This document shows positions 29,390 to 37,608 of a DNA stretch of 40,543 nucleotides, in pieces; the stretch's first letter is position 1; the number at the start of each line of letters is the position of its first letter. Location: the IMG/VR virus record IMGVR_UViG_3300002460_000077, positions 1 to 40,543 of that record. One strand, 5' to 3'. The notes beneath the pieces were generated by a model. The model worked only from the letters and a program-made list of their open reading frames with translations, was not told where the DNA came from and did not search any database. The stretch comes from a virus. Position numbers and translations under genes: made by a program.

Positions 29390-31334
29390 TTGTCTGCCTC
29401 AACGTGTCTAGTTCTGACTTGTATTGCGCCAACTGCGGGCCGAGTTCTTTTGACTCTGCGTTGGCGATTGCTTCAATGGCCTTAGCGTAAATCAGGGATG
29501 TTTCGGCCTTGACCTTGTTTGCTTCGCCTTGTGCCTGTATTGCTTTCATCTGCAATTCAACAAATTTCGGATCTGGTGGGGCTTTCCGTTGGTCTGCCGG
29601 GACAACCAGCGCCTCATAGTTCGGGATTTCGAGGGCTTCAAGAAATCGCTTGTTTATCTCGTCAGCGTTTAAGCCGGGGTCGCCCTTCATCCCCATCAGC
29701 ATCTCTGCCTTAGCCATCTTCTGGATGGTTGTCGATACCTGAGGGTCTGCTACCGGCTGTACGTCTGTCCCGTCGTTCTGGAAATCGGCTTTCCCTATTT
29801 GCTGCATCTCCTTGCTGTCAATCACCTGAAAATATACTTCCGGGTCAAGGTACAGCCCATTCAGTTTATAGAGCTTGGAAAACTCCTGCTTCATGGATCG
29901 GTAAATCCGCTTATAGACAGCGGAAAAAACTTGCATCCCCTGCTCTACCCTGGCCATCGTCGTAGTAGCGGTTTCCTGGTTGCCCTTGCCGCCGGTGAAA
30001 ATGTCCTGTACCCCTGTCACATCCTTTACGCCCTGGATCAACATTCCCAGGAGGTTGAACAGCACAGGGGAAGGGCCGGGGAATTGCATCTGCATAATTC
30101 CGTCACGGATAGGCATATTCGCGGGGAGGGAAATCTGCTTAAACTCTCCCATGGTGAACTTCACCGGCCCGCGCTTGCGGTTGATGCTTACGCCATCACG
30201 GACAAACCCTCCGCCCAGGTTGGAAAGAGTGCCAGCGTCGAGCATCTGGTTGATGGTGGTGTCTACAGAGTCGGTAAGAGGCCCGATAAGCTGGCCGAAT
30301 CCGATATCATAAAACCCTCCGTCTGGGGAGGGAATGAAAGCGTATTTGGTGAAGTAGTCTGCTTTTGTGATCTTCGCTATCTTCGCCCCCTGCTGGTCCA
30401 AAACAGGTAGCAACATTTCGGGCGGAATGCCTTTATCCAAAAGCTTCTTCAGGTTTGCAGTTTCAGTCCCGACCTTGACGGTAATCCCCTCCGGGTAATA
30501 CGCGGCCTTAATCCTGACCACCTTTTCCGAATCAACATGAACCGTGACACAATACGGCTCCTTATACCCGTCATCGTCCAGATCAATCAAAAGGTGCTGC
30601 TCGTAAAACTCCTGCAACACCTCATCTTCCGAGTCAGTCTGGCTGATATTAAGGTCAACGTCCGACCACACGCCCATTCGCTGCCGCTCGGTTATCTCTT
30701 GTGGGTAGAAGCGCAGCCGGTGCGTCTGCCGTGGGCATGTAGTAAGGTCTTTTGTCTTGTAGTCAACGATGAAGTCGCATGGCCGAATCCACTCCGAGAC
30801 GTTGCGTTTCAGGCTGGGGTCGTAGTATGTCTTCTTAAACTCACATCCTTCGATAGGCAAAGCCAGAATGAGCTTGTCCATCTGCTCATCCCATTCGGTC
30901 ATCTCTTCGAGAATCTGGTAGTTCATGTACTGCGCGACACGCTTGGCCTGCGCATTCTTCCTGCCATCATGGTCGGCCCCGGTAACTTGGCCCTTAACAA
31001 CCTGATTGCCTTGGACAACAGCTGGATAACAACGGGCATGAAATTGGAGAGCGGCTACGGTTACAAGCGGGTATTTGACGTTAGATGCGCCAGACCACGG
31101 GAAGGTTTTCTCTTTAACAACTTGGAGGGCCAGGTCCATTGCCTGCTCAGAACGCTTCCGCCACTCATCGCGGCTTCCGTCATCATCGTTGGCGTTCTTT
31201 ACCGCGTCCTTGCCAATCTTGGTCAGCAAACCGTGATCAAGATCATCAACAAGATTGGGAGATTGAGAATACCGCAACAGCAAGGCAAGCGGTGATTCTT
31301 TCTGAGGCTCTGTTTTGTCTATCTCTTGTTCCAT
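29214..31334 (-). CDS. Portal protein
   Basis: About 705 aa between the TerL region and the scaffold; TFPWSGASNVKYPLVTVAALQFHARCYPAVV N-terminal portal-type motif; ATG at 31334 with an AAGGGG SD (track start is TTG at 31352). Confidence 0.8.
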   Translation of the reverse strand: MEQEIDKTEPQKESPLALLLRYSQSPNLVDDLDHGLLTKIGKDAVKNANDDDGSRDEWRKRSEQAMDLALQVVKEKTFPWSGASNVKYPLVTVAALQFHARCYPAVVQGNQVVKGQVTGADHDGRKNAQAKRVAQYMNYQILEEMTEWDEQMDKLILALPIEGCEFKKTYYDPSLKRNVSEWIRPCDFIVDYKTKDLTTCPRQTHRLRFYPQEITERQRMGVWSDVDLNISQTDSEDEVLQEFYEQHLLIDLDDDGYKEPYCVTVHVDSEKVVRIKAAYYPEGITVKVGTETANLKKLLDKGIPPEMLLPVLDQQGAKIAKITKADYFTKYAFIPSPDGGFYDIGFGQLIGPLTDSVDTTINQMLDAGTLSNLGGGFVRDGVSINRKRGPVKFTMGEFKQISLPANMPIRDGIMQMQFPGPSPVLFNLLGMLIQGVKDVTGVQDIFTGGKGNQETATTTMARVEQGMQVFSAVYKRIYRSMKQEFSKLYKLNGLYLDPEVYFQVIDSKEMQQIGKADFQNDGTDVQPVADPQVSTTIQKMAKAEMLMGMKGDPGLNADEINKRFLEALEIPNYEALVVPADQRKAPPDPKFVELQMKAIQAQGEANKVKAETSLIYAKAIEAIANAESKELGPQLAQYKSELDTLRQTNDQGRNAGMEGGPVDQGGIGSAQGAPSGMPSGMPQLGEPVGPEPIGDGMSGGVPQGQV

Positions 31335-31350
31335 TCCGCCCCTTAAACGC

Positions 31351-31385
31351 AAAAAAGCCAGCTATCCCCAGTTGGAGATGCTGGC
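31351..31385 (-). terminator. Strong intrinsic terminator 17 nt upstream of the portal start
   Basis: Minus strand GCCAGCATCTCC-AACT-GGGGATAGCTGGC followed by TTTTTT. Confidence 0.75.
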
Positions 31386-31578
31386 CTCAATTGTTTTGAT
31401 AGCCGATATAATTAGTTTTTAATTTGCAGAATGCAACCAGGCAGGATTTGAACCTGCGGCACCAACAGATATGGTTTCTAGGCAACCTCCGCTGGCACTA
31501 TCCTAGACAGCATGGCTTAATCATGCTTTGTCAGCAATAATCCTCTCTGCCACTGGCACATTCATCGCTTTTCCTGTT
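31386..31578 (-). ncRNA. Structured non-coding region containing a tRNA T-arm-like hairpin (candidate small RNA or tRNA remnant)
   Basis: GCAGG-TTCAAAT-CCTGC at 31441-31457 plus hairpins AGCATG-attaagc-CATGCT and TCTAGG-19nt-CCTAGA. No ORF longer than 14 aa and no acceptor partner. Confidence 0.4.
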
Positions 31579-31746
31579 CTAGTTTTTCCTGCCCAATAAG
31601 AATGCTGTTCGTTTTACCGCTTTCGGTGGCATAAAAGTAACTGCGGTTGGCTTAATAAGCAGCCGCTCACCCTTCTCTTCCATAAGTTTTTTCATTGCTT
31701 CAAGGGCCGCTAATAATATCTGCTCGCTTAAGTCGTCTTTACCCAT
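31579..31746 (-). CDS. Hypothetical protein, 55 aa (not in the supplied track)
   Basis: ATG overlaps the previous ORF by 8 nt (ATGGGTAA); MGKDDLSEQILLAALEAMKKLMEEKGERLLIKPTAVTFMPPKAVKRTAFLLGRKN. Confidence 0.45.
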   Translation of the reverse strand: MGKDDLSEQILLAALEAMKKLMEEKGERLLIKPTAVTFMPPKAVKRTAFLLGRKN

Positions 31747-31903
31747 GCTTTTCGCCTCTAGGTTTGAAGCATTGCTCTTTTTTCACATGTACCACGCGAC
31801 CATGTTCAAACTTTATACGTATTTCACCATAAAAACAAGAAGAAAATGCAAGACTTACATGTTCGTCAACAAATTTCTTGTCGTTCGTTTGGTTTTCTTG
31901 CAT
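31739..31903 (-). CDS. DUF2292 (YezD)-like small protein, 54 aa (not in the supplied track)
   Basis: TGATG overlap with the TerL stop; FYGEIRIKFEHGRVVHVKKEQCFK resembles the DUF2292 core. Confidence 0.5.
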   Translation of the reverse strand: MQENQTNDKKFVDEHVSLAFSSCFYGEIRIKFEHGRVVHVKKEQCFKPRGEKHG

Positions 31904-33258
31904 CAGTAGCCCGTCACACTGTTACGAGTTGGCCCCTGGAAGTCGTATTCGTCATCGTCATATTCCGCTGGCTTGGAGTACCCAACCGCGAACGTTCTAA
32001 ACCCGTCAGATCCGTGTGAACACCAATCATGCAGGGGTCGGTTCCCTAGTTTCTTTTTTGTCTCGTCATACTCTGCTCGATACCCTTCTAGCGCGGATAT
32101 TCCACGCGAACACTTCTTCTCGTCAAACCAGCAACTCCCCAGAATATTACGAACAGCCGGGATGTGCACCTGTACCAAGGTATCAATGTTGCGCACCCTG
32201 GAAACAACCTGAATCGGCCTGATTCCAAGATTCTCAGCAACCTCCCTCCGGCTCAATGCAATTTCAGAGTTAGTCATTTCCCGCTGCTCTGCATCGTGCG
32301 GCATGTGGTGGTTTCCGTAGGTGTACGGGAGTCCTTTCAGGTGTTTGCTGTAATGCTCCAGACCGAACCCGGTGTTTTCGTAGTAATCAATCACGTGGTG
32401 GGATTGCCCTACATGCTGTATAAACCAGATTGTCATTGAGTCGTCAATGCCCAAGTCCCAGTAGGTATCCACCTCGAAGCCCTTTTGCCACGGAACGACA
32501 CAGATTCGTCCCTCTTTCCGCGCTTCTGCCATCTGCTTTGCATAGTACGCGCCAGGGACACACCCCTCAAAAGAGCAGTAATACTCCTGGTTGAAAAGAG
32601 CCTCGCCCTCATTATCCCCATAGATCGAAATCAACCCCGCCTTAATGTTGGCGAGTTGTTGGGCGTTAAATATTCCGGTGTCATCCGCTGTGAGCAGCTC
32701 GGCAAACCAATCATCATGCTTTTTTGCATGATCGTACATCGTCTTGCCGTGGTTGTTGCCACGCGGAGTGTAAGGGAAGATTGCCCACCCGCCGTTTTCC
32801 TCAAGGATAGGCTCGATAAACGCCCACGCTCTCGGATCAGCTAACGACCACTCGGAGAAGACAACCCCACGGGGAGGAGAGCCAACCAGCCCGTCAAAGT
32901 TATCTGAGCCGACGATGTTCCAAACGGACCCACCGACCAACTCAATCTTCATTTCCTGCTGGTTTGTTTTGGTGCGGATTTTAAGCGGGAAGGCTTCGTC
33001 TATGCGCTTTTTGCCTGTGTGGGGGTTTACTGCGTCCCATAATGCACGACGACCATGGGAGTATTCGGGTAGCATATGCCAGTAGTTGCCGGGGTTCTGC
33101 ATTGCGTCGCACGCCGTCCAGTGTAGGGCCACTTCGTCCTTGCCTGCCCTCCGGTGCCAACATTCCACTGCCCGTTTCCCGCCACCCTCCAAATAACGCC
33201 ACACCGGGAGCTGGTATGTGCGCGGGGTCCAGTTGTTCGGGAGTCGAATGATCGGCAT
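31903..33258 (-). CDS. terL: Terminase large subunit
   Basis: 451 aa; N-terminal ATPase region WHRRAGKDEVAL (Walker A-like), followed by a nuclease half; directly downstream of TerS. Confidence 0.88.
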   Translation of the reverse strand: MPIIRLPNNWTPRTYQLPVWRYLEGGGKRAVECWHRRAGKDEVALHWTACDAMQNPGNYWHMLPEYSHGRRALWDAVNPHTGKKRIDEAFPLKIRTKTNQQEMKIELVGGSVWNIVGSDNFDGLVGSPPRGVVFSEWSLADPRAWAFIEPILEENGGWAIFPYTPRGNNHGKTMYDHAKKHDDWFAELLTADDTGIFNAQQLANIKAGLISIYGDNEGEALFNQEYYCSFEGCVPGAYYAKQMAEARKEGRICVVPWQKGFEVDTYWDLGIDDSMTIWFIQHVGQSHHVIDYYENTGFGLEHYSKHLKGLPYTYGNHHMPHDAEQREMTNSEIALSRREVAENLGIRPIQVVSRVRNIDTLVQVHIPAVRNILGSCWFDEKKCSRGISALEGYRAEYDETKKKLGNRPLHDWCSHGSDGFRTFAVGYSKPAEYDDDEYDFQGPTRNSVTGY

Positions 33259-33334
33259 TTGTTAGGGTGTTTCTCCGGCTTTTTGAGACACTTTTGTTGA
33301 TATAGTTGAAAACTAATTTTTCAAAATGGAGTAG

Positions 33335-33841
33335 TTATTCGCCAAACTTGACCACCTGAACCACAAGTGGCCCGCCATCGGGGCCGGTAATCTCTTGTTT
33401 ATCACCGTACTTCTTTGGGCGGAGCTTGCTGGCTAACCATTTGCGCGTGTCAATTCTCAGCCGAGAACGAGATATGTGGTCATGGTCCGGGCTTATTCTT
33501 CCTGTTTCCGGGTCAACCACTTGATCGCGTCTGCCGTCATCGGCAATCTCAAGCATCTCGTCAGCCATCCAATCGGCTTGGGACTCCTTCGCGCGCGCAT
33601 ATTTGTCCGCCAATTCTTTGTCTTCATCCAACCATTCCATGATTGCGGTATGGCCCGGCAGTGTGTTGCCATCGTGCCCGTCAGTGAGTATGCGGCCCAG
33701 GCTGCGGGATGATGTTGCTATTGCGTCACACACTATACGCATTACTGCGGGCCGATCCCATGCTTGGCCGTTGAGCATAAGCGGGTGTTTGGGTCTCGGA
33801 CCCTCTGGCTTCGCCTTGGCTTTCGTGCGCTGCGTTGTCAT
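33335..33841 (-). CDS. terS: Terminase small subunit
   Basis: KYARAKESQADWMADEMLEIADD...SRSRLRIDTRKWLASKLRPKKYGDK, the classic small-terminase C-terminal signature. Confidence 0.8.
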   Translation of the reverse strand: MTTQRTKAKAKPEGPRPKHPLMLNGQAWDRPAVMRIVCDAIATSSRSLGRILTDGHDGNTLPGHTAIMEWLDEDKELADKYARAKESQADWMADEMLEIADDGRRDQVVDPETGRISPDHDHISRSRLRIDTRKWLASKLRPKKYGDKQEITGPDGGPLVVQVVKFGE

Positions 33842-33850
33842 CTAGGCCCC

Positions 33851-33961
33851 CTACCCGGCAATAGCCAGGACAATCAGTATCGCAGCAACATCGACCCACT
33901 GGCTAATCGTACAGCCAATGATAACCACACCAGCAATCAGGCATACCCAACGGATTATCAT
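33851..33961 (-). CDS. Possible 36-aa membrane peptide
   Basis: MIIRWVCLIAGVVIIGCTISQWVDVAAILIVLAIAG; weak SD. Confidence 0.25.
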   Translation of the reverse strand: MIIRWVCLIAGVVIIGCTISQWVDVAAILIVLAIAG

Positions 33962-33996
33962 TTGTCTGGCCACTCGATATACCACATATTCCCTAC

Positions 33997-34025
33997 ATTC
34001 TCCCACAAAAACCGCGAAAAATCAA
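33997..34025 (-). promoter_or_regulatory. Candidate promoter upstream of the packaging genes (TTGATT-17-GAGAAT)
   Basis: Lies in a roughly 180-nt gap with no convincing ORF between the HNH and TerS genes. Confidence 0.25.
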
Positions 34026-34139
34026 GAAGATTGTCCGCCGATGCCGATGATTTTCAAAATCTCATCCAGGCTCGACACAATCGCATAATGCCCGGTCCAT
34101 GTTGCTTCTAGGTTCTTCTGGCTTTGCTTCTTTGCCGAT

Positions 34140-34445
34140 TCAAGCACCTTGCCTGTTTTTTTGCTTACCGTGTTCCTCTGCGTGGCAATCCACACACTTA
34201 ACCTCCATTTCCCCACTTAACAATCTTTCACGTACCAAATCAATCAGTCCGTCCCAATCTATCCCGTGGACATGATGCACGTTGATCTTCACCTCTCGCC
34301 CCTTTGCCTTGCTCTGCTTCTTGCCGCAAGAACATGTACCATTCGCGTCCTTTATGCACTTGGCCCGCTCACGACTACGTAGAAATAACTGCCGAAGCGC
34401 GGAGCGTATCTGGCTGCTGGGGGTAATTGGCTTCTTGCGGCTCAT
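34140..34445 (-). CDS. HNH endonuclease (terminase-associated type)
   Basis: CSCGKK...INVHHVHGI...VKCVDCHAEEH; located just upstream of terS/terL. Confidence 0.75.
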   Translation of the reverse strand: MSRKKPITPSSQIRSALRQLFLRSRERAKCIKDANGTCSCGKKQSKAKGREVKINVHHVHGIDWDGLIDLVRERLLSGEMEVKCVDCHAEEHGKQKNRQGA

Positions 34446-34488
34446 GCAATCTCCTTTTCTCAGCTAAAGCCGCCCGTTATTTCTGGCG

Positions 34489-34815
34489 TTAAAACGCTTT
34501 GCCACCGTGTTTATATGGCCGCGTTTTATTGTAATTGGTCTTCGCAATAACGGCCTCGGCCACCCGCCATCCCTTCGCCGCTGCCACGTCCATGATACGG
34601 ATCACCACATCAGCAAGCTCAGCCTCGGCTCCATTAAACTCAGGGATGTGGTTATCGGGCGGATTGCCGTGGCGCAATGCCTCAAGTGCCTCCGAAAGCT
34701 CAGAGTGCATAAGGGCTATCAATTCCCCCTCGTTGCGATCACCTTTCCACCATCCTTTGTCAATGGCGTTGCGGTTTATCTCTCCAGCCAGGCTGTTAAA
34801 TGCGTCAACAAACAT
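34489..34815 (-). CDS. MazG-like nucleoside triphosphate pyrophosphohydrolase
   Basis: HSELSEALEALR and EAELADVVIRIMD (EExxE/ExxD metal motifs), NYNKTRPYKHGGK tail; GGAGG SD before the ATG at 34815. Confidence 0.75.
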   Translation of the reverse strand: MFVDAFNSLAGEINRNAIDKGWWKGDRNEGELIALMHSELSEALEALRHGNPPDNHIPEFNGAEAELADVVIRIMDVAAAKGWRVAEAVIAKTNYNKTRPYKHGGKAF

Positions 34816-34893
34816 AGTGCCTCCATGGGTTTTAACAATTCGCGCGGCGTTCCGGCTGGGACTGGGCTGGTTATTTTGCCGATCATTACACAC

Positions 34894-34923
34894 ATAATAT
34901 CACGTTTTTATGCACACTTACAA
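34894..34923 (-). promoter_or_regulatory. Candidate promoter (TTGTAA-18-TATTAT)
   Basis: In the 110-nt gap upstream of the MazG-like gene. Confidence 0.35.
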
Positions 34924-34924
34924 G

Positions 34925-35176
34925 CTATTTCTGCCGATCATTCTGCCGATCATCATGCCAAAATCCTCCTCGCGACCTAAAGGATGACCTGAGATTATTA
35001 ATAAACGATTTAAGCCCCCACCGAGTTATGTCACAGGTGATGAGTTTTATCTTGATTAGTTGAGCGTTAAGTTTTTTCTCGCAATCGGGGCAAACTTGAG
35101 CAACGCCGTCAGTCTTGTACAAAGACAACAAGTCAACCAACCCGGTCCCAACCTTACCGCAAATATCACAAGCCAT
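34925..35176 (-). CDS. Zinc-ribbon protein, 83 aa
   Basis: MACDICGK...CPDCEKK; the ATG follows the upstream TAG by 1 nt. Confidence 0.55.
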   Translation of the reverse strand: MACDICGKVGTGLVDLLSLYKTDGVAQVCPDCEKKLNAQLIKIKLITCDITRWGLKSFINNLRSSFRSRGGFWHDDRQNDRQK

Positions 35177-35177
35177 A

Positions 35178-35633
35178 CTACACCCCCCTTGTTCTGGTAA
35201 TTTTACCGATCTCAAACCAAAAAACAACAGGTGTTTCGGTTGAAACTATTTGACCGAATCTCTCTGCTATCCTGAATTGCCCGCTGTCTCTGCGCAATCT
35301 TCGTACCTGTTCTGAAATTTCATCACGAAATTCTTCCAAGGTAAATGCCGCCTTTCTATTATTACACGGGCGACATGCCGGGTTGAGGTTTCTAATATCG
35401 TTTAGCCCGTATTCTGTGAATTTCGTGCACCCGACAATCAAGCACCCATACTCCTCGGAATAATGCCTCTTTGGAATAATATGGTCAACCTGCATCTGCT
35501 TTATAGTAATTTCAGCTCCGCAGTACGCACAACGACCGCCATATTTTTGATGGATTTTACTCCGCAATTTTCTACCCCTCCCTTGTCCAATCACACCCTG
35601 CAAAGATATTCGTCCTCTCCGCTGGTGTGCCAT
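35178..35633 (-). CDS. HNH endonuclease (McrA-like)
   Basis: GGRCAYCG...VDHIIPKRH...NLNPACRPCNNRK; the ATG at 35633 lies 62 nt inside the upstream gene. Confidence 0.8.
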   Translation of the reverse strand: MAHQRRGRISLQGVIGQGRGRKLRSKIHQKYGGRCAYCGAEITIKQMQVDHIIPKRHYSEEYGCLIVGCTKFTEYGLNDIRNLNPACRPCNNRKAAFTLEEFRDEISEQVRRLRRDSGQFRIAERFGQIVSTETPVVFWFEIGKITRTRGV

Positions 35634-36015
35634 CTGTGAAAAATCCGCACCCCTTCACAAACGCCCTTGTTTTTAACGCCTCGCTGCCATTTTCCAGCAC
35701 CTCCTGCACCAGCATCTTCCGCCCGTTGTGATAAACAACCTCGCCCACTGCACAGGTGTATTCCTTTGCCTTGACATGCTCCCGCTTCTTCTGTCCGCGC
35801 CGGTAATACTTCTGTCCGTCCAGGGTGTAAACGGCGTACATGATCCGCTTTCCGGTAGCCATTACTCCGGCCTGCATGGTGTGGCTGATCTTGACCCCGA
35901 TTTTCCGAAGCATACATATCCGGGTCTTGAGTTGGGATATTCCGTGCTTCTTGGCTGTGATAAAATCCAGCGGGCCAGCGTTGAGAAGTTCGATTACCTT
36001 TTCTGCTTGGGTCAT
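35572..36015 (-). CDS. Putative winged-helix DNA-binding protein, 147 aa
   Basis: N-terminal AEKVIELLNAGPLDFITAKKHGISQLKTRICMLRKIG is HTH-like; ATG at 36015. Confidence 0.5.
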   Translation of the reverse strand: MTQAEKVIELLNAGPLDFITAKKHGISQLKTRICMLRKIGVKISHTMQAGVMATGKRIMYAVYTLDGQKYYRRGQKKREHVKAKEYTCAVGEVVYHNGRKMLVQEVLENGSEALKTRAFVKGCGFFTDGTPAERTNIFAGCDWTREG

Positions 36016-36020
36016 TAATA

Positions 36021-36278
36021 TTATCTTGGCCTCTCTATTTCTTCTGCTACAATTTGTCCAAGCGTCGCACCGTGTAGCCGTGCTATTCGAGCGCATCGTT
36101 CACGCTCTTTCATGGTTGCGGCTTTCTCTATCTCTGCCACACGCTTGTTTGCCAGCACCTCGCGTGCTTCCCATCCTGCTTTAAACGCGGTCTTTGCAAT
36201 CGCTAATTGTTCGACACTTAACTCAAAATCTCGCAGGCTTCGCTTGAACATGGTATACGCTACCGACATTTCGCTCAT
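36021..36278 (-). CDS. Hypothetical protein, 85 aa
   Basis: ATG at 36278 with a GGAGGGGAGATA SD, overlapping the upstream stop. Confidence 0.55.
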   Translation of the reverse strand: MSEMSVAYTMFKRSLRDFELSVEQLAIAKTAFKAGWEAREVLANKRVAEIEKAATMKERERCARIARLHGATLGQIVAEEIERPR

Positions 36279-36520
36279 TATCTCCCCTCCTGCCGCAGGG
36301 CGTTGACCTCTTTTTCCAACTCGGCTATCCGTGCATTGGCCTTTGCAAGTAACCGCCATGGAGATTTTTCAAGCTTTTCTTGATATGCCTTTGAAGATTT
36401 TTCTTTTCGCTCCTTGACGGAATCCGGGTGGTGCTGTTTGCAATAACCATCCCTCACTGCGGTTCTGGTGCACCTGTGATTGTGGTGTCCTTCCCAAACC
36501 TGTTTTTTGCATTTCTCCAT
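36278..36520 (-). CDS. Hypothetical protein, 80 aa (His/Cys motif plus coiled coil)
   Basis: HHNHRCTRTAVRDGYCKQHH; the same AGGGGAGATAATG initiation region as the next gene. Confidence 0.55.
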   Translation of the reverse strand: MEKCKKQVWEGHHNHRCTRTAVRDGYCKQHHPDSVKERKEKSSKAYQEKLEKSPWRLLAKANARIAELEKEVNALRQEGR

Positions 36521-36539
36521 TATCTCCCCTCCTTGTGTA

Positions 36540-36866
36540 TCAGCCGCGACACTTGCCGCCAGCCGCCTTAATTGCTGCCATTACCGCCTCGTACTTCTCC
36601 CGTGGGCATTCCACCGACAAAAACAAAAAGTCCTGTTTTTTCTTCCACAGCCTAAAATATGTTTCCAAAGACTGGTCTTTTTCAGTATCACCGCCAAGAA
36701 CCACATAACCAGATTTTATCTCAACAATGGAGTTATCAGGCAGATCGTCATAATCTTCCACCTCGGCCCCATCAACGTGGATCAACACATCGTCGTGGTA
36801 AATATCGCCACCCCACAATTCAGAGTCTTTGTAAAAGCAGTTCCACTCTGCGCCTGTTGTTTTCAT
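36540..36866 (-). CDS. Hypothetical protein, 108 aa
   Basis: ATG at 36866 with an AAGGAGGGAAGA SD, ATGA-coupled to the 48-aa ORF; the longer track version lacks an SD. Confidence 0.55.
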   Translation of the reverse strand: MKTTGAEWNCFYKDSELWGGDIYHDDVLIHVDGAEVEDYDDLPDNSIVEIKSGYVVLGGDTEKDQSLETYFRLWKKKQDFLFLSVECPREKYEAVMAAIKAAGGKCRG

Positions 36867-37009
36867 TCTTCCCTCCTTATCAGCCGAGCAATCTTCCGCG
36901 CTTGCTGCATCTTTTTTTGCTCCTCTGCGCTGATCGTGCGCCGGGATTTTCTCCCCCCCTTGGCGCGGCCTTCGTCTTTTATTTCTGTTCCACATTTAGG
37001 GCATTTCAT
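36863..37009 (-). CDS. Small basic protein with a CPKC knuckle, 48 aa (not in the supplied track)
   Basis: ATGA-coupled at both ends; MKCPKCGTEIKDEGRAKGGRKSRRTISAEEQKKMQQARKIARLIRREE. Confidence 0.5.
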   Translation of the reverse strand: MKCPKCGTEIKDEGRAKGGRKSRRTISAEEQKKMQQARKIARLIRREE

Positions 37010-37401
37010 GCTTCGCAATCTCCAAAGCAGTACGAGTGGCACTTGTTACACCGCCCAACATGTCCTTTTTTGCTTCGGTCATTCTCGGCCATCTGAGCTT
37101 GCTCGTTTATCGCTACTTCCTCTGCGCTCAGTGGTGCCGTTTGTTCAACCGCTTTTGGCTCTTCGGTTGCGGTGATCTCTCCGTCAAACCCGCCGCACCA
37201 CATGCAGTTGATGTATGCCTTGGTCATTCCCATCTCGGCCATTTTGTCCCGCGCTGCTGCCATGTAGTTAATGCCTTTGCCTGTGTCCTCTACCACAATA
37301 TCTACCCCTGGGGTCTTGGTGGAGAAAGACTGCCATGCGTAGCCTAGTGCTTTCCTTGGGTCGCCGGTGTAGCTGCTGGGGATGATGTTGATTACGGTCA
37401 T
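37006..37401 (-). CDS. Hypothetical protein, 131 aa, C-terminal Cys cluster
   Basis: ATG at 37401 with a GGGAGA SD; RCNKCHSYCFGDC at the C-terminus. Confidence 0.55.
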   Translation of the reverse strand: MTVINIIPSSYTGDPRKALGYAWQSFSTKTPGVDIVVEDTGKGINYMAAARDKMAEMGMTKAYINCMWCGGFDGEITATEEPKAVEQTAPLSAEEVAINEQAQMAENDRSKKGHVGRCNKCHSYCFGDCEA

Positions 37402-37448
37402 TTTGAGTCTCCCTGTGTTTTGGTTATGACTCACCGTATCATAGCAAG

Positions 37449-37604
37449 TTATGTCTTGCAAGGTTTATTTTGCATTATTAATCTTTTTATTTCCCTGTCA
37501 GACATGCGCTGAATATTTTCCGCCTGGTCGGTGGTGAGTTCTCCGGCCAATAATCGGCGAATTATGCCGAGGCGGTATTTGCCTACGTCCCAAGGTGTTT
37601 TCAT
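37449..37604 (-). CDS. Small HTH-like protein, 51 aa
   Basis: ATG at 37604 just after the SSB stop; IIRRLLAGELTTDQAENIQRMSDREIKRL. Confidence 0.4.
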   Translation of the reverse strand: MKTPWDVGKYRLGIIRRLLAGELTTDQAENIQRMSDREIKRLIMQNKPCKT

Positions 37605-37608
37605 TGTT

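Noticed and set aside
31433-31460. Canonical tRNA gene on the minus strand (GGTTCAAATCC T-arm)
   Set aside because: No 5' acceptor strand complementary to CTGGTTG (even allowing G-U pairs) exists within 150 nt, and no D arm could be built. Kept only as a tRNA-like fragment.
31478-31565. Two mini-ORFs (14 aa MNVPVAERIIADKA and 11 aa MLSRIVPAEVA) in the non-coding stretch
   Set aside because: They are too short. Their similarity reflects a repeated GTGCCAG(Y)GG nucleotide motif inside predicted hairpins rather than coding.
34022-34216. 64-aa ORF overlapping the end of the HNH gene
   Set aside because: It has a non-ATG start inside the HNH coding region and no SD. The downstream part lies in a probable promoter-containing gap.
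36540-36995. 151-aa long form of the 36540-36866 gene
   Set aside because: The upstream ATG has no SD. The internal ATG has AAGGAGGG and is ATGA-coupled to a 48-aa ORF that fills the same space in another frame.
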